From positions 64,001-128,000 of the IMG/VR virus record IMGVR_UViG_3300042691_008788: DNA of 64,000 nt; one strand, 5' to 3'. The stretch is from a virus. Every line of letters starts with the position of its first letter. The stretch's first letter is position 1. The notes below the pieces were generated by a model. That model saw only the letters and a list, made by a program, of their open reading frames with translations. It was not told the origin of the DNA and searched no databases. Both the position numbers and the translations under genes were made by a program. Of this stretch, positions 1 through 9,919 are shown piece by piece.

Positions 1-142
1 CAATGAGAATAGTTTCGCCAGTCGTTCCACCAACATACAACAACGCATCGGTGACATTGACGGCAAGTTCACCGAATGTCAAACCCGAAGGTATTACACC
101 TCCAGTTGAACCTCTCTTGATCTTGATGGTGATATCAGACAT
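1..142 (-). CDS. N-terminus of a tail fibre/virion protein (runs off the window edge)
   Basis: Not in the ORF track. ATG at 142 after AGGAGA; translates as MSDITIKIKRGSTGGVIPSGLTFGELAVNVTDALLYVG, a typical phage fibre N-terminal motif; late-type promoter upstream. Confidence 0.75.
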   Translation of the reverse strand, partial: MSDITIKIKRGSTGGVIPSGLTFGELAVNVTDALLYVGGTTGETILI

Positions 143-160
143 AGTTCTCCTACTTTTACT

Positions 161-168
161 TATTTATC
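161..168 (-). promoter_or_regulatory. T4-type late promoter (GATAAATA)
   Basis: Resembles the TATAAATA late consensus; directly upstream of the RBS/ATG at 142. Confidence 0.6.
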
Positions 169-387
169 CTAGAAAAGTCCACCGTCCAGCACAGATGGAA
201 ATGATCCTGTCGCACCTGTTGCTCCCTGTGGTCCTGTAGCACCCGTTGATCCTTGGGGTCCAGTTGCACCAAGGTATCCAGTAGCAGTTGATACTTTGTC
301 CCAAGCAGAGCCATTCCATGCCCATGTGATGTTTCCATACACATAGGTCTGATTGAGTGAGGGGCTGTTGGGAAAGTTTATCGACAT
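169..387 (-). CDS. small virion/fibre-associated protein with short Gly-X-Y run
   Basis: INFPNSPSLNQTY..WAWNGSAW motif, GATGPQGSTGATGPQGATGATG, C-terminal LDGGLF; TAATG-coupled to the upstream gene. Confidence 0.7.
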   Translation of the reverse strand: MSINFPNSPSLNQTYVYGNITWAWNGSAWDKVSTATGYLGATGPQGSTGATGPQGATGATGSFPSVLDGGLF

Positions 388-1622
388 TAGACTAATTCAA
401 ACCATGAGAGATCGCAATAAGCATTCAATCCGTCTTCAGTTGGTGTCAATGTGAGAACAAATGTATCGGATACTCCTGTTTGAGTTCTCCCGAGTTGGAA
501 GTTGAAATCATTTATATTCGAAATATCAAGTGATCCGCTGCTGCTGATGTATCCGCCGATGATATCGGTTCCACCAGTGACTTCTGTTGCTGTTACATTA
601 TAATCAACATTTCCATTGAAATGTGTTGACCAGGTATTTCCCGTCAAAGTTGGATTCAGAAGAATCCTGTATTGAACCGTGACTGGCTTGTTGTTTGTTC
701 CTGGCTCAAGGACCACGCTTATATTTGAAGGAATGATCACCGAATCAATACGATTTGGATTCAGCCTTATCGCCATCATGGGATACTGAACATCCTGAGT
801 TGTAAGGGTGGTGGGATTTGAACCATTCTTGGTGATGTTATATCGTCTGCTGAATCCTTCGTATCCACCTTCACTCATGACCGTGGTGCATATTTGGTGC
901 AATGTACTTCCACTTGCCTGTGCCGTCTTGTTCTCAAGTTCATATCTGCAAGGAAGGACTGCCGTTGTCATGTATGTCGTTGGATGCACATTGTCGTTGT
1001 GGAATGTGTGTGCCACCACAGGTTTTCCATCAACGAAGAATCCTGTACGCACATCACCAACACCGAGCCATTCAATGTCCGTCCAGAAGATGTTTCCCTT
1101 GGTGATATCAATCGTTCTACCCGATGTTCCGCTTCCATCGAACACATCTCCATTCCAAGATGATTGCTCCACTTTTGTGATCGTATTCAATGACTGACTT
1201 GCAAGGCATATGGATAGGGTTAGTCCATCCTGCTGCAAGTAGACTCCATTGGCAGGAGTTCCAAATGTTGCTCCACCAGAGATGCCAAAGTATCCAACTC
1301 TCTGTAGCAATCCATCCTTTGGTTGGTTCATTGCGAATGTGTTGATCACCAACAGGGACTTTCCTGGCTGATATGCAAATACGCGCTTAGTCTCTCTAGT
1401 GACTTTGCTACCCGCCGTTGTCCCAACAGAAAGAAGTACAGCACTTTCATTCACCGCATATGTGGCAGTTCCACCAGTGACACCAAAGGTATCCCACTTG
1501 TCATTCGCCTGATATCTGTGCTGTGAATCGAAGAGTGTGAATGGCTGAGACACCTTGAGGCGATTGAAGCCATCTACCGCATTCGGAACGAATCCAACCT
1601 GATTGTTGAAAAGATAACTCAT
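387..1622 (-). CDS. putative virion structural protein (beta-rich)
   Basis: ~411-aa G/T/S-rich ORF; ATGA overlap with the collagen gene favours a start at 1622. Confidence 0.6.
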   Translation of the reverse strand: MSYLFNNQVGFVPNAVDGFNRLKVSQPFTLFDSQHRYQANDKWDTFGVTGGTATYAVNESAVLLSVGTTAGSKVTRETKRVFAYQPGKSLLVINTFAMNQPKDGLLQRVGYFGISGGATFGTPANGVYLQQDGLTLSICLASQSLNTITKVEQSSWNGDVFDGSGTSGRTIDITKGNIFWTDIEWLGVGDVRTGFFVDGKPVVAHTFHNDNVHPTTYMTTAVLPCRYELENKTAQASGSTLHQICTTVMSEGGYEGFSRRYNITKNGSNPTTLTTQDVQYPMMAIRLNPNRIDSVIIPSNISVVLEPGTNNKPVTVQYRILLNPTLTGNTWSTHFNGNVDYNVTATEVTGGTDIIGGYISSSGSLDISNINDFNFQLGRTQTGVSDTFVLTLTPTEDGLNAYCDLSWFELV

Positions 1623-3214
1623 ATGATTCTCCATCCATTCCTATAGATCATCTGTATGGCTCCATTGTTCAGATTGAGTATCGCGCTGCTCTGATTGTCG
1701 ATGTAGTGCCCAGTAGAACCTTGTATCGTGATTTGCCTATGCACTCCATCACCAGCATGACCGCTCTCGTCTTTCACCACCATCTCCTTGCCGTTGACTA
1801 TGTTGCCAGGAAGTATGACAGTCACAGGACCAGCATAACTCACACCGATGTAGTAGTCATTTGGAGAGGCATAATAGGTAGCACCCGTGATTCCTGTGGT
1901 GTTGTAGACCGCATTCAATGCACCATTGCCTATGAAGTCAACCCATATGATTCCAGAGTCGTCTGTAACGGCATGGTAGAGAAGACCAGCATCGGTATCG
2001 AACCACATGTCTCCTGCGGACATGCCAGTGGGAGCATTGTCCTGCTCATAGAAGTGAACGGTTCCCGATCCACCACCACCCGTGATGTTGACGATGACAC
2101 CGCCACCAGACTGAGTTACTGACACCCCGCTACCACGGAAGTCGATGTCATTGATGGTGGAGCGAATGTACTTGCCATTCAACTTTACACCAACGCCACC
2201 ACCCGATGCAGCAAGCCAATCCAACTTGGACAAGTCGAAGTTCTTGTTTGCAAGCGGAGCAAAGATGTGCTGCAACTTCTCAAGAAGGTTCTTGCTGTCA
2301 AGGGTGACTATCTTCTTTGTCTTGTCATAGACAAGTGGGTATTGAACATCGATGATGGCATCTTCACCAGCATCACCCTTTTCACCCTTGTCGCCTTTGT
2401 CTCCCTTAAGACCTTGAGTACCGACATCACCACGAAGACCCTGCGGACCTACTTCGCCCCTCTCGCCTTTCTCGCCCTTTGGACCTTGGAGTCCCTGCGG
2501 ACCCCTTTCTCCTTTTTGACCTTTGATGCCGCGTTCGCCCCGTTCTCCTTGGAGTCCTCTTTCTCCCCGCTCTCCTTGGAGTCCTTGCGGTCCTTGTGGA
2601 CCGACTTCTCCTTGGTCGCCCTTTTCGCCTTTTTGACCTTGGTCGCCTTTTGGTCCTTGTTCTCCTCTTTCTCCTTGGAGTCCTTGTTCCCCCCGCTCAC
2701 CTCTTGGACCAGGCTCGCCAGTATCTCCCTTTTCGCCTTTCTCGCCGCGTTCTCCCTGCGGCCCCTGTTGTCCCTGCGGCCCAACTGGACCTCTTTCTCC
2801 AGGGAAGCCAGTATAGCCTCGTTCTCCGCGCTCACCTTTTTCCCCCTTTGTACTCGGTATTCCACCAGTTGCTTTACTTTGTTCCGTAATCGCTTCAGGC
2901 TTTTCTTTCCGAGTCTTCTGCTCATGGGGCTTCTCCTTTGGAATACTCCTCTCCACAAGTGAGAACATCATGTCTATCTTCAGGGGATCTCCCTTGAGGA
3001 TAACATGTCCGACATCTTCATTGAAGAGACAGAGTCTACAACTGCCTTCACCTTTTTTGTAGATCGCGGGGAACACGGCTTCCGATTCGGAAACCACGGA
3101 GAACTGCATTCCACGCGGGACATCCTTTAGGTTGGCTGTCAACGAGAAAACATCGCCAAGTTGTCCCTTGGAGATGCTTCCTGAGCCAATGAAGCCGCTA
3201 AAGTTGTCTTGCAT
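1619..3214 (-). CDS. collagen-like (Gly-X-Y) fibre protein
   Basis: 54 uninterrupted Gly-X-Y triplets; C-terminal fibre-type motifs ([30 protein letters not shown]). Confidence 0.85.
   Translation of the reverse strand: MQDNFSGFIGSGSISKGQLGDVFSLTANLKDVPRGMQFSVVSESEAVFPAIYKKGEGSCRLCLFNEDVGHVILKGDPLKIDMMFSLVERSIPKEKPHEQKTRKEKPEAITEQSKATGGIPSTKGEKGERGERGYTGFPGERGPVGPQGQQGPQGERGEKGEKGDTGEPGPRGERGEQGLQGERGEQGPKGDQGQKGEKGDQGEVGPQGPQGLQGERGERGLQGERGERGIKGQKGERGPQGLQGPKGEKGERGEVGPQGLRGDVGTQGLKGDKGDKGEKGDAGEDAIIDVQYPLVYDKTKKIVTLDSKNLLEKLQHIFAPLANKNFDLSKLDWLAASGGGVGVKLNGKYIRSTINDIDFRGSGVSVTQSGGGVIVNITGGGGSGTVHFYEQDNAPTGMSAGDMWFDTDAGLLYHAVTDDSGIIWVDFIGNGALNAVYNTTGITGATYYASPNDYYIGVSYAGPVTVILPGNIVNGKEMVVKDESGHAGDGVHRQITIQGSTGHYIDNQSSAILNLNNGAIQMIYRNGWRII
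2360..2845 (-). repeat. collagen Gly-X-Y coding repeat (54 triplets)
   Basis: GEK GER GER ... GDA GED; 9-nt periodicity. Confidence 0.95.
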
Positions 3215-3236
3215 CCTATGGAAAACCCTCTCGTCC

Positions 3237-3244
3237 TATTTATG
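3237..3244 (-). promoter_or_regulatory. T4-type late promoter (CATAAATA)
   Basis: Just upstream of the collagen/fibre operon. Confidence 0.65.
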
Positions 3245-3929
3245 AAAACTCACGAAGAGCCTTCCAAGAATAGGGGAAGAAGGGTTCCACAATGTCAGAA
3301 ATGGCCTTGGCATACTCCCTGACCTCCCATTGGGCATGGGAATCCGATCTCAACTTGCAGACACGGGCATAGGCAGATAGAGATCCCGTCCACCACCACT
3401 CCGTATAGGTTCCCTGTGGGAGGGCAAACCTTGCCTGTTCTGGTGCCACTCCCGCGCTCAGAAGATCCCTGTAGGTATCAAGGGCATCATCACAGGCATT
3501 TCTGTAAGTCTCATCCTGCATGGTCGTGCCTACCATGAAATCAGAACTTCCCTGCTTGGCTCCATCGGTCGGAGCGGATCTCCATGTCGGCACATAGTAC
3601 TCAGGATCGTCCTTCACATAACGGCGGGACACTTCATTCTCAACGAATCCAACCTTGTGCTTGAAAAGTTGGGTGCGGATTGAGATGGGTGCCTTGATAT
3701 GGAGACATATCTGAGGATGGGCGAACGGAGTCCAGTGCTTGTGTTTGGAAAGGTAGTTTATAAGTTTCTCATCTTTGTCTGTGAACTGAGAAACTTCCTT
3801 GGCAAAGGACACTCGCGCTGCATTGACCACCATGAGATCACTTCCCATGTGGTCGATGTACCTCACGAATCCCTTGTCGAGGACATCAATCTTCTTGTCC
3901 GTCTGCCGTACATCCTGTGTTGTCAACAT
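3240..3929 (-). CDS. thyX: FAD-dependent thymidylate synthase
   Basis: VVNAARVSF, H-W-T-P-F, QLFKHKVGFVENEVSRRY (variant of RHRx7S), APEQARFALP, HAQWEVR; probable start 3929. Confidence 0.93.
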   Translation of the reverse strand: MLTTQDVRQTDKKIDVLDKGFVRYIDHMGSDLMVVNAARVSFAKEVSQFTDKDEKLINYLSKHKHWTPFAHPQICLHIKAPISIRTQLFKHKVGFVENEVSRRYVKDDPEYYVPTWRSAPTDGAKQGSSDFMVGTTMQDETYRNACDDALDTYRDLLSAGVAPEQARFALPQGTYTEWWWTGSLSAYARVCKLRSDSHAQWEVREYAKAISDIVEPFFPYSWKALREFS

Positions 3930-4113
3930 ATGTAAATTCCACTCCCTCCACATCTGTGAATGTCTTTGAATAATCAACAGCCCTCTTCCAAAGTTCAGGA
4001 TTCATCTCACGAATATATTCCTGAAAATGATGTGTGAACTGGAGGAATGCCTGAGTTATCTTCTCGGCTTCCTCATGGTCGATGTCATCATCTAGATCGT
4101 CACTTTCTTCCAT
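3886..4113 (-). CDS. small acidic hypothetical protein
   Basis: 75-aa ORF filling the primase-thyX gap with overlaps at both ends. Confidence 0.6.
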   Translation of the reverse strand: MEESDDLDDDIDHEEAEKITQAFLQFTHHFQEYIREMNPELWKRAVDYSKTFTDVEGVEFTYVDNTGCTADGQED

Positions 4114-5150
4114 TTAGCAAACCTCAGTTTCGCTTCAGCACCGCTGCATGTGCCTTGTTTGATGGCCTTCATGATGGAAGGGATGTCTATTCCCGCCATC
4201 ACCATGTCATTGATGTCCTTGTGTGTCATGGATGAATCCCATATCACCACATCGTGTCCAAGATCGATGTGCTTCTTCAACTGAGTGATGACAGCGACAT
4301 TCCTCGGCTCGTTATCTATGCAGAAAATCAGTTTTCTTCCCTGCAAAGGCTTTGGAATATTTGAACCATCATTGATTCCGATCATTGCAACTGCATTTGG
4401 AATGAATAGTGAATCAAGCGGACCTTCAAAGACATAGACAACTCCATCCTTGTCCAATCGCTCCATTCCATACCACAACTTCTCAATGGTCTTGTCTCCC
4501 TTGAGAGTGATGTAACGGGCTGTCCTTCGTGCATTCCTGTCATCCTGAACTGACAATGCTCGACCCTGAGCCGCTACCATGTTTCCATGCTTGTCAAAGA
4601 TAGGAATGACAAGGCGCGGTACAGCCTCAAGTCTAACATCGGGATCAACCAATCTTGACCATTGACCAAAGTCCTGAGCATAATAGAGTATGTCCCAATG
4701 CTTCTGTGGAATCTTTCTGAGTTCAATGAACTGGCGACACTTGTGGTTATCTGGTAGTTCAGAGACTTTCTGTAGTTCATCTAGTGGTGAACCTTTCTTT
4801 GCTTCGAAGGGCTTCTTGAATAGCCCGAACATCTCATCCTCCTTGGGTTTGGTGTAGTTGCAATGGCCTGTGTCTCCATTCCTCCACCGCTCAAGGGAGT
4901 ATTCCTTGCACATTGCGGGGGCGAACATCTCAAGAAACTTGTACATCGTGTGACTCGCACCACAGTTGTGACATCTGTAGTACATGTCGTTCTGCTTCTG
5001 ATAGAAATACCCACGCGCCTTTGCCTTGTTTTTCTTGGAGTCTCCGCACAGGGGACACCGAAAATTCGCAAGATCTTGTTTCTTCCAAGCGAATCTTTCG
5101 AGTCTAGGGGAGAGCAAGTTTATGTACTTCTTGTCGATGAATAGAGACAT
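4092..5150 (-). CDS. gp61: DNA primase (T4 gp61-like)
   Basis: Zn ribbon NFRCPLCGDS..KARGY..CHNCG, TOPRIM VFEGPLDSLF, DNEPRN, KDINDM; TGATG coupling with the helicase. Confidence 0.95.
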   Translation of the reverse strand: MSLFIDKKYINLLSPRLERFAWKKQDLANFRCPLCGDSKKNKAKARGYFYQKQNDMYYRCHNCGASHTMYKFLEMFAPAMCKEYSLERWRNGDTGHCNYTKPKEDEMFGLFKKPFEAKKGSPLDELQKVSELPDNHKCRQFIELRKIPQKHWDILYYAQDFGQWSRLVDPDVRLEAVPRLVIPIFDKHGNMVAAQGRALSVQDDRNARRTARYITLKGDKTIEKLWYGMERLDKDGVVYVFEGPLDSLFIPNAVAMIGINDGSNIPKPLQGRKLIFCIDNEPRNVAVITQLKKHIDLGHDVVIWDSSMTHKDINDMVMAGIDIPSIMKAIKQGTCSGAEAKLRFAKWKKVTI

Positions 5151-6544
5151 CAGTCGAAGTTCCAATCGTCATATTTATCTGCTGCGGAAGGTACTCCGTT
5201 TCGCTTTCCGCCATTCTTAACATTGTCTTCACTATCGTTGAAACCCCTGTCATCCACGACATCGCTGCCGACATCAATGAGTTTCATCTTTGATCTGTCA
5301 ATGCCAATCACGAACTTCTTGTTCCTTGAGACATCATTGTAGCGATTCTTCAACTGCTTGACCATGACCTGACCCTGTTCCTCAAGTTCCTCTGTGGAGA
5401 TGAGGGCAAACATAAGATCGGCTGTGGCGGGAAGACCGAATGATTCTGATGTATTCTCAAGACCAACATCTGAGTTGTTGAACCCACCGCGATTGACCTG
5501 AGTCGCTGAAAAGATGGGAACCTCAAACTCCTGAGCAAGACTACGAATTTCTTCAGCGATTGCCTTGATGAAAGTATAGGAATTCACACTTGCAGACATC
5601 TTCAATCTTGCGGATGCACAGATGTTCAGATAGTCGATGAAGATGATATCTGGTTCAAAGTTCTTCTTGGTCTTGAGATCATTCAACAATGCTCGGAAAT
5701 GGTTTGCATTTGCCGTTGCCGTTGGATACTCCTTGATGATGAGTCTACCCGTGTACTTCTTACGAATCTGCTGCATCTTCTTGTTGTACAAGTCCGCTGG
5801 CAGTGCCTTGAGATCATCCATGGCTAGATCCATGAGGTTTGCATCGATGCGTTCCGCGATCCTCTCCTCTGCCATCTCACAGGTGATGTAGAGAACATCA
5901 AGATTCTGTGTCAAACAGGCAGATGCATGGTGACACATGAATAGAGACTTGCCGACACCCGTACCCGCCATCACGATATTCAAGGTTTTGCGAGGAACAC
6001 CACCATTGGTGATGGTATTGAACTGCTCAATGTCAAATGGAATCTTGTTTTCAACGCGATGATAGAACTCGTACCGCTTGCCGTAGTCTTCGATGTAATC
6101 GTGACCGATGTTGGTATCGAATGACACCGCAAGGGCATCGGATAGCATCTTTGGTAAAGATCCAACATCCTTGTCCTTCGACTTTCCGTCGATGATATGG
6201 ATTGATTCAAGAATTGCATTGTAGAGTGCCTTGTCCTTGCAGAACTTCTCAGTCTGCTCCACAAGCCATTCAAGATCTGGACTCTTTATGTCTTCGAACA
6301 TCTTGTCTAGATTCACGATGCATTGCTTCATCGTCTCGGGTTCGATGTTCGTCTTGGCATCTAGGAGGATTTCCAAGGCACCGCGAGTCGGCATGGAGTT
6401 GTATCGCTGAATATAGTCAGACACCATTCTGAACAAAATCTTGGTGTCCCTATCAGCGAAATAGTCCTCCTTGAGGAAGGGGAGGACTTTTCGGAAGTAC
6501 TGGTCGTTGCGCGTCAGTTCACGCAGGATGGTCAGTTCGATCAT
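5150..6544 (-). CDS. gp41: replicative DNA helicase (T4 gp41-like)
   Basis: Walker A AGTGVGKS, EMAEERIAERIDAN, IDYLNIC, SESFGLPATAD, QLKNRY. Confidence 0.96.
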   Translation of the reverse strand: MIELTILRELTRNDQYFRKVLPFLKEDYFADRDTKILFRMVSDYIQRYNSMPTRGALEILLDAKTNIEPETMKQCIVNLDKMFEDIKSPDLEWLVEQTEKFCKDKALYNAILESIHIIDGKSKDKDVGSLPKMLSDALAVSFDTNIGHDYIEDYGKRYEFYHRVENKIPFDIEQFNTITNGGVPRKTLNIVMAGTGVGKSLFMCHHASACLTQNLDVLYITCEMAEERIAERIDANLMDLAMDDLKALPADLYNKKMQQIRKKYTGRLIIKEYPTATANANHFRALLNDLKTKKNFEPDIIFIDYLNICASARLKMSASVNSYTFIKAIAEEIRSLAQEFEVPIFSATQVNRGGFNNSDVGLENTSESFGLPATADLMFALISTEELEEQGQVMVKQLKNRYNDVSRNKKFVIGIDRSKMKLIDVGSDVVDDRGFNDSEDNVKNGGKRNGVPSAADKYDDWNFD

Positions 6545-6551
6545 GTAGGTA

Positions 6552-6579
6552 AGTATAGTGTGAGATCAAGTGATGTCAA
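6552..6579 (-). promoter_or_regulatory. sigma70-like promoter for gp41, probably leaderless
   Basis: TTGACA-16 bp-TATACT, 7 nt before the ATG. Confidence 0.75.
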
Positions 6580-7495
6580 GATTCTTTATCCATTCCTCTA
6601 CAGATATTTTTGGTTCCCACTTAAGTTTGGATGTTATTCTTTGAATGTTTGCCTCTGTGATCTTTGCCTCACCCTGTCTTGGCGGTAGGAATACAAATGG
6701 TTCATTGCTATCCCATCGTTCTTGCATGAGTTCCGCAATCTTTCTGATTGTTATGCTCTTTCCCGTACCAACATTATAAACAGTTCCATTTTGTGGTTCA
6801 TTTGATTCAGCACCAGCAATCAATGCCCTACAAACATCCTCAACATGGATGAAGTCCCTGCTTTGGTGTCCATTGCCCGTGATAGTAAGTGGCTTGCCCT
6901 CTTTTAGAAGTCGCTGAAAGATTCCCATCACAAGAGCATACTGACCCTTCTTTGGCATTCGGTTTCCATAGATGTTGAATCCTCGGAAGCACACAGTGTC
7001 AAGTCCATAGTTCGTAGAGTACATCTTGCAAAGTTGTTCACCGAAATACTTGGAATATGAATATGCATTCAGACAATCAGGAACATCCCATTCGAGATTT
7101 GGAGGTTCGCAGAGTCCATAGATCGCAGAGGTACTCATGAACACCATGCGAGAAGCACACCCATTATCATGTTTTCTACACAAAGAAAGCATTGTTTGTG
7201 TACCCATGACATTTGTTTCCATGCAGCGACTAGGGTCATTCATGCAGTTCTGTATACGAGCCTCTGCTGCAAGATGAAAGACCACATCGGGTCTGTGTCT
7301 TTCAAATACCTCGCTGCACATAACATAATCAGTTATGTCATAGTGGTAGTACATTACATTGGGATTGAAGTAGAACTCATCGTGAGCATCGGATGAAAGA
7401 TTATCGATGCCTACGACTTCATGTCCCTGCTCGACAAGCATATCGACAAGATTGGAGCCGATGAATCCGCAGGAGCCTGTTACTAGGTATTTCAT
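6566..7495 (-). CDS. NAD-dependent nucleotide-sugar epimerase/dehydratase (extended SDR)
   Basis: VTGSCGFIGS, VFHLAA, YSYSK (YxxxK), GHQSRDFIHVEDV. Confidence 0.92.
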   Translation of the reverse strand: MKYLVTGSCGFIGSNLVDMLVEQGHEVVGIDNLSSDAHDEFYFNPNVMYYHYDITDYVMCSEVFERHRPDVVFHLAAEARIQNCMNDPSRCMETNVMGTQTMLSLCRKHDNGCASRMVFMSTSAIYGLCEPPNLEWDVPDCLNAYSYSKYFGEQLCKMYSTNYGLDTVCFRGFNIYGNRMPKKGQYALVMGIFQRLLKEGKPLTITGNGHQSRDFIHVEDVCRALIAGAESNEPQNGTVYNVGTGKSITIRKIAELMQERWDSNEPFVFLPPRQGEAKITEANIQRITSKLKWEPKISVEEWIKNLDIT

Positions 7496-7501
7496 AAAGC
7501 A

Positions 7502-7529
7502 AGTATAGCGCGGGATCAGCGAGAGTCAA
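7502..7529 (-). promoter_or_regulatory. sigma70-like promoter, probably leaderless
   Basis: TTGACT-16 bp-TATACT, 6 nt before the epimerase ATG. Confidence 0.7.
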
Positions 7530-8146
7530 GACTTCCTTACAAGAACAATATTTTCAGCGTTCAGAGCGGCAGCATCATACTTGTCTTTAAATTTATCGTA
7601 GATAGCCTGATACTTTCCATCATGTTCTATAACGATTGCATCAACATCAAATCGTTCAAAATCAAACTTCATGGAAAGATCAAAACTGGTTCCTTCAACA
7701 TCAATGGACACCAAATGCAACTTTTGTGGTAGGAAAGTATATAATTCTTCCAATGATATTGTTGATGCCACATAAGGAACATGCTTTCTTCCAAGATGGT
7801 TCAGGTAGCCAGCCCACTTATCCTTATGCCATCCCTCAGTAGTAGTTAGCGCACCATCAGTTCTATCATCCTTCGGTACCAACCAAGACTTGATGGGCGG
7901 TGTCTTTTCAAGCGTGACTGCTGCACCAACTATCAGAATCTTGTCGTTGGTCTTGTATTCATTCACAAGATCAACAAGACTATAGGGAGACATGTCCACC
8001 ATGACTCCACCCCAACCCTTCTCGACCAATGCACGGGTGTTGGATAGATTCTTTGGGTGAAATGCTCCGATTTCAAGGAAAGAGCCATTTGGAATATTTG
8101 AGAAAAATGTTGCAAGAATATCATCTTCATTATTTTGAGCGTACAT
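7526..8146 (-). CDS. FkbM-family SAM methyltransferase
   Basis: MYAQNNED, FLEIGAFHPKNLSNT, GWGGVMVD, VSIDVEG; probable start 8146. Confidence 0.85.
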   Translation of the reverse strand: MYAQNNEDDILATFFSNIPNGSFLEIGAFHPKNLSNTRALVEKGWGGVMVDMSPYSLVDLVNEYKTNDKILIVGAAVTLEKTPPIKSWLVPKDDRTDGALTTTEGWHKDKWAGYLNHLGRKHVPYVASTISLEELYTFLPQKLHLVSIDVEGTSFDLSMKFDFERFDVDAIVIEHDGKYQAIYDKFKDKYDAAALNAENIVLVRKS

Positions 8147-8576
8147 GCGTTCTCCATTCTTTTGCGTAATCAGTGCATACTCCCCACATTTGAGGAATGT
8201 CACCTTCGGGCTTTCCCAACCACACCGTGACACCAAGACGAGAGTGGTTGTCAGGATACATCCACAACAATCCATCACTCGTCAGGGTCATCTTGTCCGT
8301 TTCATGCCAGAAACAAGTTATGCCATATGACGAAACGATCATTTCCTCAAAGGCTTCCTTGTTCTTTGCATGACACCACAAAGACTTTCCACGAAACCAC
8401 CAAGGATCAACAAAGTATGTCGGAGCATCATGCCCAAGAAAGAACTGACCATCGACATACCAAACATCCACTTCTACATCGAACCCAAGATCCAAAGCCT
8501 GTTGGATATAGGTTGGATTGTTCTCACACTCAGGTTTCCTACCATCTAGATTGCCACGATGAGATATAATTTTCAT
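8130..8576 (-). CDS. short glycerophosphodiester phosphodiesterase-like protein
   Basis: IISHRGN, EN, GFDVEVDVW, LGHD, WCHAKN, GVCTDY. Confidence 0.8.
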   Translation of the reverse strand: MKIISHRGNLDGRKPECENNPTYIQQALDLGFDVEVDVWYVDGQFFLGHDAPTYFVDPWWFRGKSLWCHAKNKEAFEEMIVSSYGITCFWHETDKMTLTSDGLLWMYPDNHSRLGVTVWLGKPEGDIPQMWGVCTDYAKEWRTHVRSK

Positions 8577-9289
8577 TACTTTCTACCGAGGAAAGAATTC
8601 AAATCTTCGGGGGTTCCTATTCCATGCATCCTGTGTACAAAGAAAGGAATCAGTGTCTTTCCAGACTGAATCAGTTCATTGTAGACAGGGGCGATATAGA
8701 ACTCGTTGTTCACCCGTATGTTCTTCTGAATCATTGTCTCAGCACAAGAAACAAACTCAGAACCCCTGCGATACCAGTAGATGCCACAGGTTGCAATGTC
8801 TGATATCGGATTCTTTTCGGCAACCTCAGTGACAACTCCCCGTGAATTTGTCTTCACGAAAGACCACTTGGGATGTACGGCATGAAAGGTGAATACTATC
8901 GCATCGGCGGCAGTAAAGTTCTTGAGATAGTTGAAGTTCTCAGGACTATATTCGATTATCTGATCCGAATTTGCTATTAACAGATCCTCGTCGTTGTTGA
9001 TGTATTCCTTGGCGAGCAATGCCGTACATGCCGCACCTTCAGTTAAACCATCCACCTCGACAACCTTGTATCTCCCATTAGTAATCCTCGCAAGGGTTGT
9101 CTCCAACCCAGCGTACTTATCAAGATGCTCCTTGCGAACAAGGAAGATATACTCTGCATCGAAGTCGAGATTCTCGACAACGCGCTGAATCATCGGTTTG
9201 CCTTCCACATCAATGAGAGGTTTTGGGAAGGTATATCCTTCCTTTGCGAACCTACTACCTTCCCCAGCCATTGGTATTAAAATCTGCAT
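8576..9289 (-). CDS. sugar/polyol-phosphate nucleotidyltransferase
   Basis: IPMAGEGSRF..PKPLI, TEGAACT, IANSDQ, EVAEKNPIS, GTPEDL. Confidence 0.88.
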   Translation of the reverse strand: MQILIPMAGEGSRFAKEGYTFPKPLIDVEGKPMIQRVVENLDFDAEYIFLVRKEHLDKYAGLETTLARITNGRYKVVEVDGLTEGAACTALLAKEYINNDEDLLIANSDQIIEYSPENFNYLKNFTAADAIVFTFHAVHPKWSFVKTNSRGVVTEVAEKNPISDIATCGIYWYRRGSEFVSCAETMIQKNIRVNNEFYIAPVYNELIQSGKTLIPFFVHRMHGIGTPEDLNSFLGRK

Positions 9290-9918
9290 AGTTCTTTGTA
9301 ATAATAAAGCCCATCAACAAAATTTGTGTAACTCTCTCTAGTCACTTTTGTTGAGTTATCAACTTTCCAAATATATTCTGCTAGGCTGCTCTTTGCAGAT
9401 TGCAAACCAAACATAGAGTCCTCAACACAAATGCACTTTTTAGGATTTGCGTTCATCTTTCCGATTGCCAAATTATAACAGTCTGGATGAGGCTTGTTTC
9501 TATTCACCATTTCGTTACTAACGATAAGATCAATAAATGGAATTTGTCCAGTGGCAGTAAGCATCTCTATTGCGGTGTCTCGTATTGAGTTTGTGACACA
9601 TGCTATTTTGATATCCAAAGACTTCAAATGCTGATGTAGTTCGATCTTCTCTGGCATAAGAGTAGCATTTTTCCTGATGACATCAATAGTGTGTCTTTGC
9701 TTTTCCTCATTAATCTTTTCAGCGATTTCTTTTGGCACATTCATCATTTGTAACTTTATCCGCGTTGGTAATCCATTATATGTCGATTCATGAGCATTCC
9801 TGCTGATTTCAGGATAGCCATGTTCTTTTAGGGCCATATTCAACGCCTCGTAGTGCCATTCGCAGGCGTCCACAAGAACTCCATCCAAATCAAAAAGAAC
9901 AAAATCAATATCTACCAT
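9277..9918 (-). CDS. HAD-superfamily phosphatase
   Basis: FDLDGVLVD, VTNS, KPHP, VEDS. Confidence 0.9.
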   Translation of the reverse strand: MVDIDFVLFDLDGVLVDACEWHYEALNMALKEHGYPEISRNAHESTYNGLPTRIKLQMMNVPKEIAEKINEEKQRHTIDVIRKNATLMPEKIELHQHLKSLDIKIACVTNSIRDTAIEMLTATGQIPFIDLIVSNEMVNRNKPHPDCYNLAIGKMNANPKKCICVEDSMFGLQSAKSSLAEYIWKVDNSTKVTRESYTNFVDGLYYYKELCRF

Positions 9919-9919
9919 T

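Noticed and set aside
2267-2962. Long alternative ORFs (+ strand 231 aa; - strand 169 aa) over the collagen gene
   Set aside because: By-products of the stop-poor Gly-X-Y repeat; no RBS or recognisable motifs
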